A DNA stretch of 64,000 nt from Vicugna vicugna. Taxonomy: Eukaryota. The position numbers were made by a program, and so were the translations under genes. The stretch is taken from positions 312,001-376,000 of the forward strand of contig MU058793.1 in NCBI GenBank assembly GCA_013265495.1, in the 5' to 3' direction. The notes under the pieces were generated by a model that did not search any database, was not told the origin of the DNA, and was given only the letters and a program-made list of their open reading frames with translations. Positions 53,326 to 64,000 of this stretch are shown one piece after another. Within the stretch, counting starts at the first letter, position 1; each line of letters begins with the position of its first letter.

Positions 53326-53734
53326 CATATATTAGTTTGCTAGGGCTTCCATAACAAAATGCCACAAACTGGGCAGCTTAAACAACAGAAATGCATTGTC
53401 TCACAGTTCTGGAGGCTGGAAGTCTGAGATCAAAGTGTAGACAATGTGGGCTCCCTCTGAGGGCTGTGAGGGAAGGATCTGTCCCAGACCTCTTTCCTTG
53501 GCTTGTAAGTAGCCGTCTTCATGTTCACATGCTTTCTTCCAGGTAATCCTGTCTGTCTCTACAGTTCCCCTTTTTAAAAGGGCACCAGTATGGATTGGGG
53601 CTCACTCTAATGACCTAGTTAAACTTGATGACCTCTAAAAAGACCCCCATCTCCAAATACGGTCACATTCTGAGATCCTAGGGGTTAGGACCTCAACATA
53701 TTAATTTGGTCGGGGACACAATTTGGCCCCTAAC
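53326..53734 (-). mobile_element. MaLR solo LTR (MLT1A-D like)
   Basis: attagtttgctagggcttccataacaaaatgccacaaactgggcagcttaaacaacagaaat...tctcacagttctggaggctggaagtctgagatcaa...gggacacaatt...aaca. Confidence 0.9.
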
Positions 53735-54235
53735 AGTGCTGTATCTCAAACAATTTAAACAGACATGACTATGATGGTCTATAAATTCGATGTCTCCAAT
53801 TGTGGTTCTGGAAGTAAAAAAACATTGAAGTTGAAGACTAAGGGAAGCGTTAGAATAAATATTTTTTAAATTATGAGTACAAAAACCAATATTTCTAAAT
53901 TATTTTATGTAATTACATTATTTTATGTAATTCATGATTTTTGATTAAGTATGTCTAAGTAGATGAATAAAAGTAACATAGTGAAATATTTTATTATTTC
54001 TAAATATCTCTAAAAGTTTACAAATTTAAGTTAGCTGTAAAACTTTTTAAATCCCCTCACAGGGAAATCAAGGGATCACCCCATAGTCAGCCTGCTTTGT
54101 ATTCAAATATGTATTTGTGGGCTTAGCTAGAAAAGGGTATGTTTACCCAACTCTGGTTTGCCTCATCAGTTATCTTTTCTATGAAGGGCCCCCTCATTAA
54201 GTAATTCTTACTGCATTAAGAATGAATCACTCTTA

Positions 54236-54370
54236 GGGGAGGGTAGAGCTCAGTGGTAGAGTACATGCTTAGCATGCATGTGGTACTGGGTTCAATCCCC
54301 AGTACCTCCATTTTAAAAAATTTTTTTCTTAAAGACAAAGGGAAAAATGTGTTTAAAAAAAAAAAAAGAA
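54236..54370 (+). mobile_element. tRNA-derived SINE of camelid type (Vic-1-like)
   Basis: ggggagggtagagctcagtggtagag (A box)...gggttcaatcccc (B box), an A-rich tail, and TSD aagaat(g/t)aatcact at 54218-54231 and 54371-54384. Confidence 0.88.
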
Positions 54371-54839
54371 AAGAATTAATCACTAGCTTTTCTGGATAAC
54401 AATTTATTTATTCTATTGTTGTATGTTACAGCCATTTAAAAAATATATATCTGTCTTCTGTATTAAATTGTGACTTTCTTAAGGGAAGAGATTATGTCTC
54501 ATTCACCCCTGCAGCACAACACCTGGCCCATTTTTTCTAGACACTTAATAAATATTGTGGAACTCAACTCAACCTTTGTTTCAAGATTTTCTTTTCTTTC
54601 ATTAAATAAGCAATACGCATTTCTTACAGAAAATTTAAGCACTGTAGATTTTTTTAGATTGTCTGAAAGAATGCTTTCTAACAAAATGTATACCGTATGT
54701 TTCAATAGTATATCTTGTAAAATAAAAATAGCTTTCTTCGTTATCCAGTTTAATGGCTGTAACATGTCCTACTGAATGGATGTCATAATTTATTTAACCT
54801 GAAAGCTGAACACTAAGCAAGTGCTTGTTTTCAAGCTTT

Positions 54840-55500
54840 CAGTGTTGGAGATGCAAGTGGAAATAGATAGAAACCTTATATAATGTAAGGCTTCAGCAGT
54901 CCACTCTCAGTAGCCAAGTGGACCTAAATTAAGTAACAATATAAAAGATTTGAATAGCATAAACATAAGAAAGATCAGACTTGAGAGTAAACATTGAAAT
55001 GTACTCCCAATGAACAGGGAATTTTTCTTTCCTCTCAATGCATAATGAATGATTCATGAAAATTGAAGATACATCATTTCATAAAGATAATAGTTTCCAT
55101 ACAATAAAAAGAATACAAATAACATTCTCAGATCTTTCAGTAAACTAAGAAATTAACAATAAAATTTAAAAAAAAACAAGTCCACCTCTCTGAGATTTAA
55201 AAACACTCCATTTAACATTCTCAAGTGAAAGTTGAAATATAAACCAAAATTGCATAATTCTAAAAAAAATTAAATTACAAAGCCTTAAATATTTCTATCA
55301 ATAAAAATGATGCCATAAAAGCAAATTCCCATCTCAAAAAAAAAGAAAGAAAGCAGACTAGAAACAGCAAAAATAAAAGCATAATACATGAGACAAAACC
55401 CAGAAAAGCAGTTAAATTATTAAGTAAATCAAAGTATTGTTTCTTTTTTTAAAAAATCAACAGATAGACAAACCACTAGATAATCTAATCACAATGAAAA
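54840..55500 (+). mobile_element. old LINE-1 ORF2 fragment
   Basis: A-rich, endonuclease/linker remnants (aacattctcagatc..aaactaagaaattaacaataaa; atagacaaaccactag). Confidence 0.6.
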
Positions 55501-55753
55501 GGCTGGTGGGAGGAAGTGGGTTGAGGACGATACAGATACAAAAAGAAAGAAGTGACTCTTGGGAAATAATGAATTAGTCCTGGGCAGGTCGACTTTTAAA
55601 TCCTGGGCAGAGATCCAGGTGGCAATGTCTACACATGGTGAACGTGTGCATCTGAAGCTCAGGAAAGAGATCCAGGCTGGAAATAGGAATTCATCACCCG
55701 ATATAGGTGAGTGAGTGAGGTAGACGATTGGCTGGCTATTTCCTGTTAACTCT

Positions 55754-55976
55754 TTTTTTTTTAATCGAAGTATAGTCAGTTTACAATGTTGTGTCAATTT
55801 CTGGTGTACAGCACAATAGTTCAGTCTTACATATACACACATATATTCCTTTTCATATTCTTTTTCATTAGAGGTTACTACAAGATATTGAATACAGTTC
55901 CCTGTGCTATACAGTAGAAACGTTGTTTATCTATTTTATGTATAGTAGTTAGTATCTGCAAATCTCAAACTCCCAA
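55754..55976 (-). mobile_element. short LINE-1 3' end inserted into an L2 fragment
   Basis: Poly(T), then aatcgaagtatagtcagtttacaatgttgtg...gttccctgtgctatacagtag. TSD ttcctgtt(a/t)actct at 55740-55753 and 55977-55990. Confidence 0.88.
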
Positions 55977-57839
55977 TTCCTGTTTACTCTCACATCGGTT
56001 CTCTGCCCCTTACCTGCTAGTTGTAGCCAATTTCCCAAGTGTCACTGACTGCTGGCTTCTCCCAGGGGGAGACCTTGGAGGAGACAGGAGGGCGGAGAAG
56101 GGAAAAGTCAGGGTAATTGGTGCCTCCACCTCTGTTTATAGTCACTTCTCCCGCAGTGGTTGCCTCTCGCTCTGTGGCTCCAGCTTCTTTGGGCAGCCCT
56201 GGCCCTGGGACGTAGGTAGTGCCAACTGCTTCCATGGAGTTTTTCCATGGGTTGCCTCAACTTCCCCCCTTTGGCTCTGCAGTTTTCCCCACCCTTTTAT
56301 TACCAGTTGCCCTTATTAACTTGTCTTCTGTTGGATGATCTGGCATTGATTCTATTTTCTGAGTGGAGCCAGGGTATCAACTTCCCACTGTTGAGCAAGA
56401 CAGGAAGAATTAAGAACCCAAATTTGGGAGCCCCAACATTCAAGGGTCAGACAGAAGGAAAGGAGTTCTGGAAGGCAGTGGAAAAGGAGCCATCCACAAG
56501 GGCAGGAAGAAAAACGGGAAATTCCATTCAGTTGTTCCTGTGATTCTTCCTTTTTCCCCTGTAACAAAGTTATATTTTAATTGGTGTCTCCAAAAAACAA
56601 AATGTTGAGTGCCAAAGGAGAAATGGCAGGGAGATTTCAGGTGGGGGGTGCTGCCTCTCAACTCCTTCACAGCACCCAGGGCTCTAGCTATCTCTTGGAA
56701 AAGTGACCCTCAGCCAGACATCATATTTTACTCAGTGGCTGGGCTGGGCTGGGCTGTGTTTATCATCTTAATAATACATCAGCTTAATCAAGGCAGCCCT
56801 ACTGCCTTGGATATCACTGAATTGCCTGTGGTTTATATCTTGCATATTCAGTGGTTATGTGATTGCAAACTCAACCACAGAGCCACTTAAGTAAAAAAGA
56901 AGACAAATATTAACACACACTGCATGAGAAACTCAGATTAAATAGAGTAATTTTACATTTCATCAGATTTTTTTTTCCCAAATAACTGAATAAAGCTTGG
57001 GCATACACGCTGCGGGAGAATTATCTTCAACCTGAGCTTAACTATGCATTTTTTCCCCATTGATAGATCTACATGACAGTGCTTATAAAATCATCTAACT
57101 AAATCTGCCTCATTAACGTCTGTTTATCTATGTTGAGTACCTGGTGATCCCTGATATTTCTAGAATTGATCATCTCCCTCCAGGTGAGTCTCAGAGAACC
57201 CTGGGCTGAGGAGACTTTCCTGGATCTGTTGACATTTCCAAAGATTTTAAATTCCAATCCCTCTTCCCTGACCATTAGTCCCCATTCATTTCACTTGTTC
57301 CTGTGGGAGTTCCAAATCGCTTTATCTTTGCCTCCAAGCAGAAACTATGACCTAACAGGGAACTCTGACCTCCCCAGAGCTGCCCCAGTGCTTCTGCAGC
57401 CCATCAAAGTGGTCTGGTAGTCTCAATGACAGATGACACGTACTGCAGTCAGGAAGTGAGTAAAAATTAATTGTGCTTTCAGGAACTGGGCAATGTGGTC
57501 ACTGAAGGATGAGGAGCAGGCCTATAAAAGGCAGAGCTCATGGGACACCCACTGGCTCTGTTCACAGCTACCCAAGTTTCCTGGGCAGTGCCCACAGCTG
57601 ACTTGGCAATGGATGCCCCATGAAGGCAGGGGTCCACTCTGCTTCAGGGGTCCCAAACCCTAGCCCATAAATGCTCAAAAATTATTTATTGAATGGCTGA
57701 ATTAATGCATCTTGAATGACACTTATTTAACATATATAGAACGGGAAATATAGACACAAACTTTCAAATCTGAAGAGACTTAGAAATCATCCACGTTCCT
57801 GCCTTCCCTTTGGAGGCAAATACAGCATCATAACCACCC

Positions 57840-58360
57840 TCTGGAATCGGACAGCCACTTCTCATGTAAAAATTATGGTTTTGAGTGAGTGACTTAGACT
57901 CAGTTTCCTCATCTGTGAAATGGGAATAGGTACATTATAGGGTTATTGTAAGAGTTGGATGATATAACACATGTTATGTACTAAGAACAGAAGCCAATCC
58001 TCAGTTATTTAGATCAAGGAATTTGGTTTGTTTAGTTTACATACTTTTGAACACATGGGAACTTTTCTTCTAGTAAAATTATTGATAGAAACCTCATTAA
58101 TATAAAGCAGATTGGACCTTGGTAGACATGGTGGGGGTGGGAAACCACAGAACTCTGGGCAGCTTTCTTCTTGTCCCCTGAGGTGGCCCCAGAGTCATTT
58201 CCAGAGAATCCTAAGTTTCTGGAGAAAATCTTATAATATATTTACCTAGATCACTCCTCTCATTCCATAGATAAGGATACTGACCCTCAGAGAGGGAAAG
58301 TGACTAACCTAAGATCACACAGCAAGTCTCTGATCCAAATTTCCTGAATTTTCCTCTCTG
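57840..58360. mobile_element. two MIR fragments (+ at ~57840-58000, - at ~58250-58360)
   Basis: ctcagtttcctcatctgtgaaatgggaat; agataaggatactgaccctcagagagggaaagtgactaacctaagatcacacagc. Confidence 0.7.
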
Positions 58361-58699
58361 CCATCCCATTGCCTGCAGACTCAAGACCAGCATGGCCCCT
58401 GAAACAATCCTCTCCCTCTATAGTATCTTTTTGCTGGTTTTAGACCAGCTCATTTAGACTTCTCCATGGTTAGAAGTCCTAATGCTACTTGCCTGTCTGC
58501 AGCTTCTACTCATATTTAGTTATTATTTCAGTATATTATACCAAATAACCTCCTGAAATGCAGAAAGAGAAGGCAATACCTCTCATTTGGCATTGAGGAC
58601 ACATCCAGCTCCAACATGGTCACTTGTCCTTTTCTGGACTTTGCAGTTGTGAACACAAACCAGAAATGTAAGAGTCACTACTTCCCCAAAAGATACCCC

Positions 58700-59620
58700 C
58701 TAAAGGGTCTTGGCATTTTTGTGGAAATTGTATGCAATATAAGGATTGATGTAGAGGAAACTGAACAATATTAATTCTTCTCACTAGGGAGTTAAACATG
58801 GCATTCCATTATTTTCTAAACTGTAAAGATGATACACTATAAAATTTTGTGGTTTTCTTGTAGAGATCTTGTATTTGGGGGGCAAAGGTTTAACAAAATT
58901 CTTTAATAAAATTTATAAAAATGAGTATTTAAGAATAATTTTCTCAGCTTGAATTGTTTTCCATTTCTAATCCCCCAAAGAAAATGCAAAATTATCAGCA
59001 CCCACACACATATACACTCAAAGGTATAACATCCTTTACACAAACTACGTTAGTCAGAGTTTAAATTGTTGGCAAATCAAAACAATTCCAAGAAGTGATT
59101 GCAGGGTTGATTTTTTTATTTCTATTTTTTTTTAACTTCTAAAAACTGTTGACAGAGAATAAAAAGCTTCAAATAAATTTTTTTTCTGTGGTTTTCAAAA
59201 GTTTCTTGAAAGTCACATTTTGACTGAAATAATTCCTTGTATTTATTTCTTGTTTATTATTCTTGTCAATGTGGATTATCATTATTATTATTTTAACTGA
59301 TTGTTTCTGGAATTTAGGAAAGCACTACTTTTGCACTAGTCTGATATTCTCAATGGATTCTTCTATTGGTCTTCATAGTTTTTCATTTGGTTTATTTTTG
59401 AGATGTGCATGTGGCCCGTCATGTCGTATAAAAATGATGGCTCTTCTCTTTTCAATATTTATCTCTCATTTCTTTTTCATTTTCATTTCATTGGCTGAGA
59501 CTCCCAAATGTTGAATAACCGTAGTGATAGCTAACATCTTTATTTTACTCTTGATTTTACTGGTACTATCTTGTGTTTTATTGTTAAATTTGTTATCAAT
59601 TATTTGTTTCTAATAAATAT
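58700..59620 (-). mobile_element. old LINE-1 ORF2 fragments, antisense
   Basis: ttttcttgtagagatcttgta; tcattggctgagactcccaaatgttgaataaccgtagtgatag. Confidence 0.6.
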
Positions 59621-60549
59621 ATTTACTTTACCAAGTTAAAATGGTGGATTTAAAAGCTTTCTATGGATTTGAATATATAATATTTGAATGAAAAAAGTGA
59701 TGTGTAGAATGTAGACCAGCTACCCTATAAGACCCTCAGTTTTCCAAAGAGCATGTAAGTTCTATTTCCCTGGATTTGTTAAGGTGAGGAAGTAACATAT
59801 ACTCTTTAGAAAACTTTCTTTAAATAAAATGTTAAAATTCCAAAGAATTTTCCAAATAATCCCTTATTTAATTCAGATATTGAAAGTATGCAGAATTAGC
59901 TAACTGCTGATGCTGACAAAGAGGAAAAAATTGTGTCTATAAGCAAATTATTCAGAGTCCCTGAACCATATATTTTTACTATTTAAAATTAGGACTGTAA
60001 CCCATTTCCTATAATTGTTTTTAAGAGTAAGTGAGACGTAGGACATCTGGTATAAGTCCTGGCACATACTAACACTCAATACATCTTAGTTCCTTTCACT
60101 TCCTTTAGTCAAACACCATATACATAATAATCACTCTATAAATATGCATAGGATGAAATACAATTTACTACTCAACCTGCATAGGATTTAATTACCCACC
60201 ATTCATTTTTTTTTAATAGACTCAGATTCAGCACATACTTTTTTGAGTAGCTGTTATGTTCCAAGTACATACTGTGCTAGACAATTTTACATATGTTCTC
60301 CAAAAAAAAAAAAACTGTAACAGTAGATTTTAGACTATAAAATTAGAAAGAGCTACATGGTTCTTTCTGTACATTGTTCAGCTCGGTCCCACTTGCAGTT
60401 AAGAACACAAGAATGTCTTTTGGATGATGACCATGTGGAAGGCTCAGAGAATCTCAGAATTGGGAGGGATCAAGAAAAGACTGAAGTGAAGGGGAGTTGC
60501 CCTCCCTTTTAATCATAACCCATGTGGGTGTTAATAAATGTGGGAGTTT

Positions 60550-62720
60550 TTTTCATTCAAAAAATATTTATCAAGCATCTGGCATTTATTATGCACCTGG
60601 CAATATCTAGGCACTGGACAAATAGCACTAATCCAGAATGGCGAAGTTCCTGCTCTAGCAGAGCTTAATTCTTACACAGGAGACATAAAAAAATGCATAA
60701 GAAATTAAAGATAACCTAATAGTGAGAAGTGTTATTAAAGAATATAGAACACAGGATGAAGAGTACATGAGGGTGGGAAGAAGTACTTTAGATAGTTCAT
60801 GGAAAGCCTCTTAAAAGGGTGCAATCTGAGCAGAGACCAAGAAGTAGCCAGCAATTTGATCCAGGCAGAAAAAATGTCAGTAGAAAGGCCCTAAGGAAGG
60901 AAAGACCCTGGGATGTTCTAAGAACATAGAAAGGATTGGATTGAGAAGGCGTCATTTATAATACGTCTGGATTGGTGACACATCAACTCAAGAGCTATAT
61001 GTGGTCACAGAAGTCAGGCTGTGTCAATCTGCTCCTAACCCTCAAAGAACATCTTCTTTCACTCAGTGTAATGGTCAAAGAGGCCGCAAGGTCCATTACC
61101 TCTTTGACCTCATAGTCTACTGCTCCTCCCTATTCTAGCCACAGAGTCCTCTGTGCTGTTCCTTTAGCATGTCAGGCAAACATGCACGTCAGGATCTTTG
61201 CACTCGCTATTCCAAATGTCTGGAAATTCCTTTTCTTAGATATCTATATGGTTTCCTCTTCTGCCTCCTGTAAGTCTCTGCACAAGAACCATATTCTCAA
61301 GGAGTTCTCCCTATTAGCTTGCCTAAGGGCCCAAAGTCTTAGTCTGGTCCTACTCATGTGCCTAAATGTCTTTAACACACTATTCATTCATATTAAGCCT
61401 TTGGACAACCAAACTTCCAGGGTGATTCTTTACATGTGAAAGTCTTATTTAGTCAGTTAACAGTCCTCCACTCTGATTTTGGATGCTGGGAATAAAGCTA
61501 ATGCATTTCCCTGTCATCTTGATTCAGGCCCGCCCATGGCTGCCTTACCTCATCATTCTTTCTTTCACCCAGCACTCTGTGCCTTCTTCCAAGCAGAGTA
61601 TTGATGAGAACATATTGCAGATCATTAAATATGTGGAACAGGATAGAACAATGGCAGAATCCTGGGGTGACATTGCCAAGACTTAATCCACACTCTTCGG
61701 AGACAGATTTTTCAATGGATGATGAAATTATCAACATTAAATACATCTATTTCGCAAAGAGTCCCAAAGATACATCTCAAATTTTGGCCTCTTCTGGAGA
61801 TTCCAGATCTGTTTATCAAGCTGTTTATTTGATATTTCCACTGGGATATTGGGAGGCAACTCAAACTTAACCTCCCAGTCTTATCCACCTCAATAAAAGA
61901 TACTCGTGCCATTTTCTCAAGCCAAAAAGTCACCTTTGATTCCTTCTTTTTCTAACCTGATTCAATCCATGAATAAGTCCCGGGGAACTCTGCCCCAGAA
62001 AGGTATCACAAATTTATCTCCTCTACCACACTCTAGTCTGAGCTGGCAACTTCTTTCACTTGGAACAGCACCCTCCCAGTTTCTCTGTCTTTCAGCCCAC
62101 TCCAACCCTTTCTCTACACAGATAGTGTGATCAAAACAAAGCAGGAAAAATAAACAAGCAAAAGCCGTATGATTACATTGCTGCCTTGTCTAAAATCCTT
62201 CAACAGCTTTCCAGTTGCAATTAGATTAAAATGCAAATATTTACCTTGGCTTCGTGGCCCAGTCTAACCTGAAACTTACCTCCTTCCCTGCCCTGACTTC
62301 CTTCTGCCTCTCCCTTTGCTCTTAACCCTGCAGCCTCCTTGATTTCCTCGTTGTTCCTCAAGCCCACTGAGCTCATTGCTTCCTTATGGCCTCTCCACCA
62401 GCCAGGCTCTCAGGGTAGATTTTTCTCCCTGTTCCTCACCTGGATGGCTCTTCTCAGCTTTCAGATCCCACAGTTTTTGTTTTTGTTTTTGTTTTCAGAG
62501 AGATCTTGCTAGACCACCCAGTTGCCAACTCATTGCTCTTTATCTCATTCTCTACATTCCTTCAGAGGAGATGCCATATCTGCACATAATTGTTCATTTG
62601 TGTATTGAACGTCCTCCTAACTGGAATGGAAGACCTTTAGGGACAGGGACCTTGTTTGACTTGTTTAGTGCAATACTCCAGATCCTTGCCCTATAGCAAG
62701 TTCTCCATAAATACTGGTGG
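60550..62720. mobile_element. cluster of LINE-2 fragments
   Basis: ttcattcaaaaaatatttatcaagc...(-); taaaatccttcaacagctttcc...gggacagggaccttgtttgacttgtt...ataaatact (+). Confidence 0.7.
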
Positions 62721-62959
62721 ATGACGGCACATGCCTCAGACTGCGTGTCCCCACCTTGTCTATGAGGGTATCACAAGAAACCAGGTCAAAGGATGTTAAG
62801 ATACACTAATCTATTGCATTCCCGTGAAATACCAGTCTAATCGTCATATTTAAAAAAAGAAGATGAAAGAAATGAAATGAGTTCTGCATAGCTTGTTAGC
62901 TCCTGGATCATTGCATTCTTTACTCAGTGCTCACAAACTAGCTATTTAATAATCTATTT

Positions 62960-63925
62960 TCCTTTATTGGTTTTCTTAAATTACAAAAGCTCATTGAAAG
63001 AAATTCTAATAAGACAGAAGTGTGTTAAAAAAGAAAAATCTATGTCTATCCTCTCCTCCCGTTCTCACTTCCCAGATGTAACCTCTGTTAACAACTTGAT
63101 AAATATCCTTCTTTTTTCTATGCACATACATGTATAGAGAGTTATATACCTACACACGTGTAGTTTTAACGCAAAAACAGGGTATGCATGTGTATGTATT
63201 TTTTTTTCACTTACCATTTAGGGATTTTTCTATGTCCATACAAATGGACCTCCTATATCTTTAATAGAATTCCACTGCATTCACTAACTCATTTATTCAA
63301 AATGCACTCAATTATTTTATGAGGAAAGAAATTAAAGTGTGAGACTATAAACAACAATGGCAAAATATTGATAACTGTTACAGCCTAGTGATGGCATCTG
63401 GATTTTACAATACTAGTCTTTCTAATTTTATGTATATTTGATAGTTTACAAATAATTACATTTATAAGGAAATACTTAGCAAACCTCATACTAATGGTGA
63501 CTTATGGAATGCTTTCCTCTGGGATCACACAGAAAATAAGGATGCCTGGTGTCACGACTTCTACTCAACTTTGTAATGAAGCTCCTGAGTACTGTGATAA
63601 GGCAAGAAAATAAAAGGGATAGGGATTTAAAAGGAAGAAATAAAATAGTCACTATTTATGGATGACAATTTCATATAAGAAAAATTCAAAAAATCTACAA
63701 AGCATTAGAATTAATTAGTGAATTTAGCAAGGTGTCTGGTTGCAAGGTTGATAGACAAAATTCAATTGTGTTATTAACTACCAGCAACAAAGAAAAATAC
63801 AATAAAATTTTAAAAATCAACTGAAACCATGGAGTACTTTGGAATGAATCTAATAAAAGATATGTAAGACTCCATGGTGACAACTACATGACACTGATAG
63901 ACATTAAAGATAATCTAAAAACAAT
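62960..63925. mobile_element. old LINE-1 fragments, including an ORF2 RT-region piece (+, ~63480-63925)
   Basis: aggcaagaaaataaaagggat...ctatttatggatgacaa...attagaattaattagtgaatttagcaaggtgtctgg. Confidence 0.75.
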
Positions 63926-64000
63926 GACAATGAATACTTTCATGTTGTATGCCAGACACTCTGTTAGATTGTCTACAAACTCTGTTAGACTGTGAGGACA

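Noticed and set aside
54236..54312. tRNA gene
   Set aside because: It has the SINE-specific 5' extension, an A-rich tail and a TSD, so it is a tRNA-derived SINE.
57520..57535. TATA box cctataaaagg
   Set aside because: Isolated motif with no supporting downstream exon or ORF.
1..64000. CRISPR arrays, rRNA, prokaryotic operons or defence systems
   Set aside because: The sequence is mammalian; no regularly spaced repeat-spacer array or rRNA-like sequence was seen.

Overview
Mammalian, most likely camelid (alpaca/llama/camel), genomic DNA, judged from the tRNA-derived 'GGGGAGGGTA(T/G)AGCTCAGTGGTAGAG' SINE and the young L1 3' ends. It is repeat-dense (L1, L2, MIR, MaLR/MLT1, an old ERVL provirus, hAT MITEs) and I see no intact host protein-coding exon; most ORF-track entries are noise. 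The standout is a deleted, non-autonomous ERV1 (gamma-like) provirus at 45211-48758 (- strand, 4-bp TSD CTCT), nested inside an older MER34-like solo LTR. Between its gag capsid remnant and its gag-stop/protease remnant it carries an intronless, circularly permuted copy of SLC18B1 (45650-46596). The downstream coding part ('GKHSFWKL...LHFK') comes first and is joined directly to the upstream part ('DGPPG...ESDPGK'). Both ends carry the same 8-mer CAGGGAAA, so the insert is exactly one turn of a circle. This is the expected signature of a back-spliced circular RNA (likely exons 2-9) captured by a retrovirus through template switching, i.e. a fossil circRNA inside an ERV. Exon numbering and repeat family names are from memory and need database confirmation.
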